Both the position numbers and the translations under genes were made by a program. The notes below the pieces were generated by a model. The model ran no database searches and had not been told where the DNA came from. It was given only the letters and a program-made list of their open reading frames with translations. This document shows positions 1 through 11,113 of a DNA stretch of 64,000 nt, one piece after another; position 1 is the stretch's first letter; the number at the start of each line of letters is the position of its first letter. This DNA comes from Callorhinchus milii (Eukaryota): contig NW_024704743.1 in the NCBI RefSeq assembly GCF_018977255.1, positions 56,856,001 through 56,920,000 on the forward strand, read 5' to 3'.

Positions 1-1002
1 AACTCCCCCAACCTGCATACTAGTCCAAAGTTGCATCAAGTAGTACAGCTGAAATGCACCCATGCAGCTCAAGGCACCTCAAGGGAAAGGTAGGTGATGG
101 GACATCATATGGTGGAGCCACAAGCACTGAAAGACTCAACAGGAAAGGGCTGCTCAGTGATGTACCTTCAGAAGCAATAACAATGTTTTGCGACATCTCA
201 CCACCTTGGAACATCCTCCCAACGTTAACGGTGCAGAACAAATCTAATTTCTTGTTATTTTTCTGGGGTGAGTGGAGGGGTGAAAGGATGAAGCTATTGA
301 CTTGTACCGCTTCCTATCCCTCAACCCTGGGGCACATATCATCAGGGGATGTACTCTTTCTCCCTTTCACACAGGTATCAAATGCACTGAACCAGGCTTG
401 CGAACAGCCATGGAGAAGCCAGTGTTTGGAGGCAAGGAAGAGGCAACACACTGCACAGTTCATTGTTGGCATTGTTAGGGATGTAAATATTATAAACAGT
501 TTTCTTCTCATTTATTTTCATATAATAATTGACAATAATTGCAATTACAACAACAGTCTGCCTTTATATAGCACCGTTCACACAGCATAGCATCTCGAAG
601 GATTGTTTTATTATCCTTAGTCTTCTTTGTACACATTCCTATTTTCATCAGAGATATATTCTTCCGCAGTTCTGTGTACTTCATCAGAACTGTCTACTAT
701 ATTCTGAATAACAGTATAGATAGGCCTGATGGCACACATAAAAGGACTGAATGTTCAATTAGAAAAACACCTCCTCAAATACATGGACCACTGCACTGGC
801 AGACGCAGGTATAGTATCCACATAAACAGATGCTAACACCTCACAGGAATTTTCTACGCAACATTTAGGTACTTTTTCCATCACATCTCACTAAATTATA
901 TCAGACACCTCAATTAGCATCAGTAATGTTCAGGAAGTAAATTCGACCCCTGTATGGTAACACAAGACCACAATTTTTTGTGCTGTCAAATAATTAATAA
1001 CG

Positions 1003-1254
1003 AAGGTTAAAACTAAAATCTTTACAGAGAGTGATTGCAATATGGAATTGTCTGGCACTAGCTGTTGTCAAAGTAGAGTTCCTAAATTCTTTTTCAAGGG
1101 AAGTTAGATGAATGTTTGAAGAGGAGGAACATTGAAGGGTGTGAGAAAGGAGCAGTAGTATGGTTTAGATTGGCTCATGTGGAGAAAAACTCTAGTGTTG
1201 ACTTGACAGTCCAAATGACCTATTTTGGAGCTGTAACATTGTATGATTTTATGA
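1003..1254 (+). mobile_element. Degenerate CR1 LINE 3' end
   Basis: Aligns by eye with the cleaner CR1 end at 60064-60616 (TTTACAGAGAG...TGGAATT...TTCAAGGGAAGTTAGATG...CCAAATGACCT) and ends in a short TATGATT-type tail. Confidence 0.6.
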
Positions 1255-1398
1255 TAAGAACAAGCTTGGGGTCGTGCAGTAGAACAAAGGTATATTATAA
1301 TAAGTAGCTTTATAGTCATGAAAGAAATGGAACACAATCTTTCCTGTATTAACGCAACAAAAAATTGTATGAATAAAACAGGTGAAATATACAAAATA

Positions 1399-1990
1399 TA
1401 ATACAAAATTACATTTGTAAAGTGCCTTTCACGTCGGTAGGACGTCCCAAAGCATGAACAGTCAGAGATTAGGACCTGAGTAGGAAGCGGGAATTTGGGA
1501 TCATGGAGGGTGGGGGGCAAAGAGGGTAGCCAAAGGCACAGTCAAAGAGGAGGGTCTTGAGGTATGCCTTGAAGGAGGCAAGGGAGGGAGCGAGGTGAAG
1601 GGAATGTGGGATGAAGTTCTAAAGGGCAGGGAGAGAGAGGGGGAAGGCCCGACTGCTGATGGTGGGCTGGGCGGGGGACATGGAGCAGGCTGCAGCCTGC
1701 TGAGCGGAAGGAGCGGACAGGTTGGTAAGGGGTCAGTGGGTCCAAGAGGTAGGAGGGGGCAAGGTCATGGAGAGCCTTGAAGGTGAGAACGAGGATTTTG
1801 AACTCGATCCTCTGAGGGATGGGGTGTCAGTGGAGCTAGCGACAGTAGGTGTAATGGGGTAATGGAGCTTGGTGCAGGAGAGGACACGAGCTGCAGAGTT
1901 CTGGATGATGTTCAGCTTGTGGAGCGAAGAGTTGGGAAGACCGACAAGCAGGGCATTGGCAAAGTCGAGCCTGGAAGTAATGAAGGCATG
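1399..1990 (-). mobile_element. Older L2 LINE, 5'-truncated 3' fragment
   Basis: Minus ORF 1733-2011 reads HAFITSRLDFANALLVGLP...QNSAAR (L2 ORF2 C-terminus); L2 3' stem-loop at about 1420-1453. Confidence 0.9.
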
Positions 1991-2715
1991 TATGAAATAC
2001 AAATTTTCCATTTACTTATGGTAATGAACAGTGTATTTGTCAAATAGTAAAGCAGCGCTGCAGAATTTCCTTTGTACTTGTCTTAATGTGCTGCTTATTT
2101 TCCTGACTGAGCACTGCTGTTTCCTTTTAATTAACGGCTGCAGCCAAACCATTGTGTTAGAACCAATGGCAGGTTTTAACTAACGTAAGACTTTCCATAA
2201 AAAACAGCAAGCACTAAAGTAAATAAATTCAGTATTTTTTTTCCAATCTTCTATTATTTCCCCAGGCTTCCGTCTCCTTCACCTTATAAGCTGCTTCTTC
2301 AGCCTTCTCTTCGGGCTCTTTTCCATATGCTCTTGACCCTTCTTCCAATGCCTAGAACACTTTTCCTCGATGTCCTGTTTTTGCATCCACCTCCAGCTAG
2401 CGTAGGCGACAAACTCAATGCAGGCTTCGAGTTTCAACTTTCTGCTTGAATTATTAATCAAAAGGCAAACACCCACTCAGTCTCTAGAATATTGATAGGT
2501 TAGTCTTTTTTCTTTCCGCACCCTCCTCAATTCTTCCTGTCCCACTGAGCATCAATGAGGTTTCAAGGCTTTCTCTGAGAATCAAATAATTCCGATATGA
2601 ACAATCATGGCAAAACAAAACAAAAAATACTGCAGATGCTGGAAATCTGAAACAAAAACAGAAGTCACCGGGAACACTCAGCAGGTCAGGCAGCATCTAT
2701 GGAGAAAGGAAAGTG

Positions 2716-2752
2716 AGTCAACGTTTCGGGTCCACAACCCTTCATCAGAACT
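2716..2752 (-). ncRNA. Minimal type I hammerhead ribozyme-like motif
   Basis: Minus strand reads AGTT-CTGATGA-A-GGGTT-GTG-GACCC-GAAA-CG-TT-GACT: CUGAUGA and GAAA cores, helix II, helix I AGUU/GACU, palindromic AACGUU in place of helix III. Confidence 0.65.
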
Positions 2753-2788
2753 GTTCTGACGAAGGGTCGTGGACCCGAAATGTTGACT
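2753..2788 (+). ncRNA. Minimal type I hammerhead ribozyme-like motif (second arm)
   Basis: GTT-CTGACGA-A-GGGTC-GTG-GACCC-GAAA-TG-TT-GACT; a CpG to TpG change breaks the helix III palindrome. Confidence 0.55.
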
Positions 2789-2964
2789 CACTTTCCTTTC
2801 TCCGTAGATGCTGTCTGACCTGCTGAGTGTTCCCAGCACCTACGAACAATCATGGCCCTATTATTAAGACATTGTTGTAAACTTTAAGGTTTTGCAAAAT
2901 TTTGGAAAATTCTTCAATTTTGTCTAAAGTTAGGCTGAATTTAAGAATTTTCCATCTTATAGGA

Positions 2965-3013
2965 TTCCCCGAGACTCTACTCCATTTATATACTGGAGTA
3001 GAGTCTCGGGGAA
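2965..3013. repeat. Perfect 20-bp inverted repeat with 9-nt loop
   Basis: TTCCCCGAGACTCTACTCCA-tttatatac-TGGAGTAGAGTCTCGGGGAA. Confidence 0.95.
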
Positions 3014-4031
3014 CTGAACAATGACATAGTTTGACACTGAGCTGGTGAGAAAGGGGAGGTGACTGTAGGTACAGTCAAAGATAAAAGTCTTGATCTGAAG
3101 ACTAGTAAAGAGGGGGCAAGACAGAGGGATTGAGGCAGGGAACTCAAGAGGTTTGGGGTATAGTGGCTGAAGTTACTACCATTTATTGAGGAGCAGAAGT
3201 TTTGAGGGACATGCAGAAGGCCCGAGCTGGCCGAGAAAAGCTGGCGAGTTGAGGATCAGAAAAGATATTAATACTTAAATGATAAGGTTTAAGGCTAAAT
3301 TCATGAGAAATTTTAGGTTAGTAAATGTAAAACTTGATTGATATGAGGGGATTTTTTTTCCAGACAAGCTGTAATAAATTGCTTAAATAAAAAAACACAT
3401 TTGTTTTGCAGTTCCTTCCAACTGTGAACACAGGAAGCACCCACACTGATGTAATGCTGAACCAAAAGATTGCAAAATAAAACCGCTCTTAACTCAGGGA
3501 CAAAAATGATGATGCTGAGTGAGAATAAACCATTTACCTGGAGAAGAAAGGTAGCTTAACTAAGATTTCACTGTAACTTTCTTTTGATACAGAGGAACGT
3601 AGGAATAGATGGAGGTCATTCATCTAGCCTTTCCCCCAGTATACTTTATCAACATCTTTGGATCAAATTTTCCTTCCTTTCAACATATCCCATAATACCC
3701 TTTCCTCCTACGTATCGATCTGTCTTTCTTTTAAACATCCCAATTGATTCTGTCTCTACATCCCTCTGGGGCAATGCATTCCACTTCTTAATCTTTTCGC
3801 CCACAAAATATTTAGTAAATTCACTTTATAGTGTATTCTGTCAAGTGCTTTGAGACTATCGTGATAATGCGCTGTATCAAACACAAGGATTATTATTATT
3901 TTGCAACCCCAGAAATACACATAGTTCTTTATGTATTGATATTATACAGCTCCTAAAAATAACTGAAGTTATATAAAACAAAAATAAATAATCCTTGCAT
4001 TTCATGTAGAACCTTTCACATCAGGAGGATG

Positions 4032-4561
4032 CAGCCTGTGTACTGTCCCGCACCAGGCTTCGCGACCACATCATTCCCACCTTCGCTCGCCTCCACTGGC
4101 TCCTCATCCCCCAGAGGATCGAATTCAAGATCCTCATCCTCACCTACAAGGCCATTCACGGCCTTGCTCCCTCCTACCTCTCTGACCTACTATCCTCCTA
4201 CTCACGTGCCCGTACCCTCCGTTCCTCTGGCTCCGGTCTGCTCCACATCCCCCGCCCCAATTGCCCTACAATTGGTGGCCGGGCATTCAGCCTCTCAGCC
4301 CCTAGGCTCTGGAAATCTATCCCCCAGTGCCTTCGCCGCCTCCTCCCTTTCCTCCTTCAAGGCCGGTCTCAAGACCTTTCTCTTTGACCGTGCCTTCAGC
4401 TCCCCTCTCGACTCTCTACCCCCTCCTCGTTCCCTCCCTTCCCTCCTCTCACCCTGACCATTTCCCCCCTGCTCGGGTCCTGACCCAACTGTACAGCGCC
4501 TTGGGACGTTCTCCCGACGTGAAAGGCGCTCTATAAATGGAATCTTGTTGTTGTTGTTGTT
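4032..4561 (+). mobile_element. Young-family L2, 5'-truncated, inserted in a minus-strand SINE tail
   Basis: Closely matches 54155-54771; stem-loop plus (TTG)n tail; GATG on both sides (4028-4031, 4562-4565); host SINE tail continues across the insertion. Confidence 0.95.
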
Positions 4562-6021
4562 GATGTCTCAAAGCAAATCAAAGGATTTACTGTAAAGTGC
4601 AGTTACTGTATTTTGTAAGCAAACAAGGCAGCCAAGCTTGACATAGCAATGTCCCACAATCAGCCATGAACCGATTGATTGATTGATTAATTGATTTTAT
4701 TTGGGGATTTGGAAATTCCTCCTTCCTGGAGTCTCAGAGCAAAGAGAATTATCTGGGGTGTGTATCAAACCTTTTACCGTGGGCCAGGACCACTCCCTCT
4801 CACTTTCAAATCCACTACAAAGTCTCCTCTGGAGTGATCCCCAATGTGGACTTTGTCCACATTGCAACAATGGCACCAGATTACCAGATAGTCTGTTACA
4901 ATACGTTTCATGGAAACATCAGCAAGAAATCATTTGCTGCATATGAAGTGTGGATCTCATTGCTGTGTACATTACTGCAATCAGTTCATATCAAAAAAGC
5001 AGGAAGTTTCTTTAACACTTCTATCCTCAGTCCACTTTCAGTGCCAATATTGATAGTATTTGAGAAAGGTTCTCTACAAGATGCAACCTTTTCCTTAATT
5101 GTGCTTCCTTCCTCAAACCCGATGTTATTAATATTTATAAGATAATTCTGTGCAAGGAAGATTTTTTCATGAACTTTTGTGAACAGCAGGCTGTAACAGG
5201 AGATAAACTGAGTGTTTATGTACATGCCTGTGTGTATGAGTGGATACATTGTGATCAGTGCCTTTGACTCAGTATATTGTGATATTTGTGATCTAATAAT
5301 CAAGATTGTCCTTTCAAACCTTTCACATTCAAAGTACTAACTAAGAAGCTTCAAATTTCTCATGAAAATTAGAAAAGAAAAGCTATTTGGCCCATACTTT
5401 AGGAATCCAGAGTGTATTGTGCCATCTATGATTTTATGCGATGGCATGTAGCTTCTTCCCACATGAAAGTTCTAGTTGCTATTGAAAGTTTAAATGTAAG
5501 TGTCTTGGGCAACAATCCCCTAAATAAAATTGGTGGCTGTTCGTGGAACATTGCTCTGCGCAAAATTGCTACCGTGTTCATCTGCAAAATACAGTCATTT
5601 CACTTTATAGTATGCTAATAATCCTTGCATTTGATATACTATATTTAGTGCTGAATGAGAACTACATTGTGGGAGGTGATATTGTGCAGATGAGATGTTA
5701 AATCAAAGTGTTGTTCAGGTAGATTTTGAAGATCCGATTGCAATAATTTTGAAGAAGAGCAAAGAGCTTCCTTTTGTTATGGTTGGAAACCTTCCTCATC
5801 CAAATTCAGATTTAATCTGATCATTTATCACATTGTTTGTGGGACGTAGATGACTCAGGTCAATTAACATCCTTACCAGTATAACAAAATTCATAACATA
5901 ACCCAAAGCACTTACAGACATTTTTGACAGAACCAAGCACAACATCAATTGCAAGCATTATTTCCTATATAAATCTGTAGGTTTGCATTCTATACTTTCA
6001 GCTATATATCTACATCTACTC

Positions 6022-6459
6022 TGTGTCAGCCTAGCTCAGTTGGTAGCATTTTTGTCTCTGAGCAGAAGGTTGTAGTTCCAAGACCCACATCTGGATTTAG
6101 AAGTTATATAATTTATAAAATGACACACCAACGCACTGCTGGGGGTATGCTGCATTGTTGCCATCCTTCAAATGATATGTTAAACTGAGTCCGTCTGTTC
6201 AGGTGGAGATTAGAGATCCCATGGTACTATTTGAAAAGAGAAGAGATTTCTTCCCAGGGTTCTGACCAACAAGCCCCCAAACAAAATTGGTCATTCACTG
6301 CATAGCTGTTTGTGGGACATTGCTATGCACAAATTGGCTGCTGTGTTTGGCCACAAAATACACAGTCACCGCACATTACAGTAAATGTTGTAAAGCACTT
6401 TGGGAGGTCTTCCTGATGTGAAAGGCACCATTCCAGATGCAAGGATTATTGTTATTATT
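6022..6459 (+). mobile_element. Full-length tRNA-headed DeuSINE-type SINE (family B)
   Basis: Box A TAGCTCAGTTGG; Deu-like body (GATCCCATGGTACTATTTGAA...GTGGGACATTGCT...AAATTGGCTGC); L2-type stem-loop; (ATT)n tail. Confidence 0.85.
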
Positions 6460-8843
6460 TCAGGGAAACATGTATTCCACATAATGAGTGTTTAGCATAA
6501 TTATTGTTCTAGCTAATTAAAAATGTATAATGTAAAATCTGTGACGATGTGGACATATTTTCATGAATTTCTTATTTTGTAGAATTAAAAGATTCCAGAA
6601 TAATGAAAGGAATCTTTATTCTGAAAGATCTTTCACAAGAAAACTGCTATGGGAAAATTTAGTTTCTCATTGTTACACTCTAATCCGTCTCATTTTTGCG
6701 TAAGATGTTGCATGCACCAAGGATCAGGAGATAATATTGAAAATTCATGGACTCTTTGATTGTGAAACTTGTTCTAAATTAACCTGAATGAAGTTCAGCA
6801 CAATATCTGCTTCTGTTACAATGGTTCACTCATTGGGACCCAATTAAATCCAGGTTAAATCTACTTATGTAAAAAGACTTACAATTCAAGTATTATAGCT
6901 CTGTGGATTCAGTTTCACGCTCAGGTCACTTTGCATTTATCAGAAGTAGGTCACTAAGGTAACCTCTTAAACTGGGGGGAGGGAGTGGGGAAATGTTACA
7001 CTCAGCTCATTTATCATTTACCCAGAACCGTAGAAAATAAACATCTGGCATGATTTTGTCTTATAGCACATGTGCAGTAAGACAGTGCACACCCCCATTG
7101 CATTTGCTTTGATATTTACCTATTTAGTCATACCAGCTTTGTTAAATTGTAAAAAGCTTACATTAATAGGAAAATTGAGGCATTAATCTTAAGATTGACC
7201 GACTTTCATGTGTAAAGAGTAAATGCTTGTTTACAGTGAGTGGGTTTTGTTGAGGTCATTGGCAATAAAGGAAATAAATGACAGGCACATTATATTGCAC
7301 ATCAAAAGGCAGCCTTTTGTTGTAGTCAGCCAGGATGATATACCAGAGATTTAGACAGATGTAATTTAGGCTGCTGTGACTCACCAATTCTGCAACAAAA
7401 AAGACCAGTGTCCTTTACTGAACACGTGTTTCCTCAGAGAGCTGAAGAACAAGGGGCTTTTGGTTTTGTTTACGCACCTGAGCTCCAATTCCGGTGAGTT
7501 CAGGCTCACATTTCAAGCCATTCTGCTTGTCGCTCTTCAGCAGAATACATAATGTTGAAAACTGAGCAACCTCCAAACCCAGTTCAGGACAATACACAGC
7601 ACCTGTCTCTATTCAACCTCTGTGGTGTTGAGCTGTTCAAAGGAGACCCTGACAGGATCCTCTGCCGTCATTTTAATAAGTCAGCAAATTGCAATGAAAA
7701 AACAAGATTGGACACAGAGACAATGTGGGTCAGTCTGTTATACCCAGCCTCATGTCTGGTTTCAAAGTGTTAATCTGATGCTGACCTATGAATTAATAAC
7801 CTTATTTTATGACTTAATTGACAAAAATATTCCTGGAAGAGTACATCAGTGCAGTTAATTGGTTCGTTATTTTAAAATTAATCATTTTCATCAAAGCACA
7901 TTTCTGAAAATAAACACATCACACCTGACATAAATAGATAGCCTAACAATTTGTTCCATACCAAGAGCATTCTACTTTGATGGGAAGGTGCCCTGAGACA
8001 TTTCGTTCTGAGACACTTTAATTAATCAATCAAATCCAAATCTACAGTGTGAGATTTTAATTCACTTTTTATTATACACTTTGGAAAATGGATTCAAAGG
8101 GACTATTTTTGATAGTTATTTTATACCTGCCTTGTTTTATACCTGCCGTGGTCCCCAGATGATTGTCACTCAGTGGGAGCAGCTCTTTAAAATATATTAA
8201 ATGTCAGCTAAGGAATCAAGTAGCCCCACTGAAGTCAATATTCACTTTCATGCAGGCCAGTTAACAAGCATTCATTCAGACTGCAGGCTGCTTCCACCCT
8301 GCTATTAATGCCAATGCCTGTTTTGTAATCTGTTGCTGGAAAACAATCCCCTTGTTTGAGCTGGATTGTGCATGTTTAAGCAAGTTAATTAAAAGGGGAT
8401 TACAACATAAAAGCATGTTTGGTGAAAAGTTTCAAGGCTGCTTACCATGCAATATTTTACAGCTTTAATATTGTTGTTTGTGCATTTGTTAATATAAAAT
8501 AAGCTAAGACTTAAAGGGGTGAAAGTACAATACGTGATGTGAATGTCATCAGGTTCATCATCTAATAATAAATAATCCTTACTTTTGTTGCCCTGGCTCT
8601 GTTGGCAGCACTCTTGCTTTTGAGGTTGTGAATTCCAACCTCACATCAGTCTAGGCTAGCAGTGCAGTGATGGAGGAGTGCTCCATTGTAGCAGATGCCA
8701 TCCTTCGGATGAAACCTTAAACTGAGGTCCCGTGTGCCTGTTTGGGTGGACATTAAATATCCCATGGAACTAATTGAAAATAAATTGGTGACCAACAATC
8801 CTTGATTGCTGTCAGTGCAGCAGTAGATGCGCTTAAATGGATC

Positions 8844-9078
8844 TTAGGAACATAGGAACAGGAGAAGGCCATTCAGCCCCTCAAGCTTGTTCCAACATTC
8901 TATTAGATCATGGTTGACCAGTACCACAACTCCATTTACCCTATTTTTCTCTCTATCCTTTGATCCCTTACCTAACAAAAATCTATCAATCTCAGTCTTG
9001 AAAATTTGAATTGATTCTGACTCCACTGCCTTTTGGGGGAGAAAGTTCCAAATTTCCACTACTCTTTGTGTGAAAAAA
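8844..9078 (-). mobile_element. CR1 LINE 3' end
   Basis: Minus ORF reads WNFLPQKAVESESIQIFKTEIDRFL (CR1 ORF2 C-terminus); ends GAATGGCCTTCTCCTGTTCCTATGTTCC. Confidence 0.85.
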
Positions 9079-9152
9079 GGCTAGTGAAGGAAAAATAATA
9101 CAGGGTTTTGTTCCTAATCATAGTATCCCCTCCTGGAATACGTTCATTGTTT

Positions 9153-9305
9153 GGGTGAGGACAGGATGGTGCTTAATCTATGGTCAACTTCAGACACTCA
9201 CTGTCAAGAGTCACCCATAAAGAATGGTCATTTGGGTGAGGTAGTGGGGAAGGCCAACATCCATGAGACCATTCCCAGTAAAATGTCAGTGCCACAGAAG
9301 AGAAA
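9153..9305 (+). mobile_element. Old AmnSINE2-like SINE, 3' fragment
   Basis: GGGTGAGGACAGGAT...ACACTCACTGTC...AAGAATGGTCATTTGGGTGAGGTA matches the reverse complement of 42690-43065; family name from recalled consensus. Confidence 0.5.
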
Positions 9306-10495
9306 CTCCTTATGTTAGAGGTACATTTGGAAGAAAAAAACATGTCAGTTATTGCAAAGAGGTATTGGTAAAGAGGGTGATAATATTTGGACAATCCAAA
9401 TGCGCAACCCCCCCCCAAAGCACTAACTAGAAAGTAAGAGTGAGAGAACAGCACTTCCAGGCCTAATGGGAACCACCTGTAGATTCTGGCAGGGCATCAG
9501 GAAATGTTCCCACGATGTGGAAAAACAAAAAAGCAGAAACTGGCCTTTAGCCACCAGCCAACCAACAAAACCGGTGAAGTTGAAAGAGCACACAAAGTGG
9601 GCACGCACACCACTCACGCAAAGCAAACATCAAACTGCTTTAAATCACCATCTTTGCACTTATCCCCTTCATTATATGGATTATTGACTGGCCTTAAAAG
9701 CAACAGTAAATTTAGGTAAATTTCAATCAAAGGGAGAAAGACAAGCTATGTGACGTATAGTTTTTGTATCCAGCAATCATTATGTTCACTCTGTAACAAT
9801 TCCTGTGGGTGGGGTTGGTGGGTGTTTGGCCTATTTTTCCTTGCTTCTGCCTTCCATCCTTCATAAAGACATTGACTTTTGCTCGGGTAAAATTTTGTGA
9901 ACACGAACACCCATCAAAGCACCTCACCTGAATGATTGTCCTTTACGTAAGACTGTGAGAGTCGGAAGGAAGAGTTTTAGACTTCAAGAAATTGGAGTGC
10001 ATCGTGCACCAACTAATTTCTGTTTTCACCAAAGAAACCATACAAACACATGCACTTTCTAACACAGGACTCTGGAGAGTGATTAGGAGCCTTGGATTTC
10101 TTGAGCCTCAGCAGGGGAGTTAAGCCCAATTTAACACTTCCTCAGTTGAGAGCAGCTGAAGCATTTCGGACATTAAAGCATTCTGCCATTGCGTGCCGTC
10201 TGGGTTAGAAGTACTCATGTGTAACCTTTATCTATCAGGGCATCAAGGGAGACAGTGGCTGGTTAGAGTAATGAATCTGTATATGTACCTGGTATCAATG
10301 TGACAGGTACATGAAAGTTCTCACATTAGCATTGGAAATGAGATTTTCTAAAATGGAGCAGTATTCAAATGATTGTGAAATTCCTGTAAAATACCTTTAG
10401 CCACCCTGAATGTCATGGGGTTCTGTAGTGTATTGGAAAGAGCACTCACCTTGCAAGTGAGCGTATCCGGGTTTGATTCCCGGGCAGAGCAAAAC

Positions 10496-11025
10496 TACTT
10501 AACCAACCGCCTCCATCTGATCTCGGCATATGGTTTCTTCTCCCGTGCCCCCGGTCACCTGCAGGATACCTCAGGGCTCCATCCTTGGTCCCCTTCTTTT
10601 CCTTATTTATATGCTCCCTCTTGGCGATGTTATGCGCAGACACGGTGTAAACTTCCACATGTATGCGGATGACACACAAATCTACTTTGCCCTTTCCAGT
10701 ATCGAATCCAGGTCCACTGATGTTCTATCAGCTTGTCTGACAGACATCAGGGCCTGGATGAGTGCAAACTTCCTGCAGCTGAATGTGGACAAGACGGAAG
10801 TCATACTCCTTGGCTACTGTCAACGTCTTCACTATTGCAGATCTAACTTCTCAACCTCCCTGAGCTCTCCCTCAGACTCATCAAACCAACCAGATGCCCA
10901 ATCTATGCATCTGGTTTGACATCCAGCTGTTCTTCTTCCTCCACATACGGTCCCTGACCAGGACTTCCTTCCTTCACCTCCGCCACTTTGCCTGCCTCCA
11001 ACCGTATCTTACCCCAAATGCAGCC
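10496..11025 (+). mobile_element. Internal L2 reverse-transcriptase fragment
   Basis: ORF 10530-10919 contains PQGSILGPLLF...YADDTQ...WMSANFLQLN; frameshifted, with no 3' tail. Confidence 0.9.
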
Positions 11026-11113
11026 TCGTGCAAAAACAGACAATTGTTTTGGGGATATTACTGTGTGCAATTGGCTGCCACGTTTCACCCACAAAATATA
11101 CAGTCAATTCACT

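Larger units (their letters stand above)
2612..2840. mobile_element. Non-autonomous Penelope-like palindromic element with 16-bp TSD
   Basis: 82-bp inverted arms at 2670-2751 and 2753-2834 (5 transitions). Flanked by TAYGAACAATCATGGC at 2596-2611 and 2841-2856. Related copies at 25915, 34673 and 45602. Confidence 0.75.

Noticed and set aside
54..590. 178-aa ORF
   Set aside because: No recognisable domain; runs into AT-rich sequence and an L2 tail stub; likely a chance ORF.
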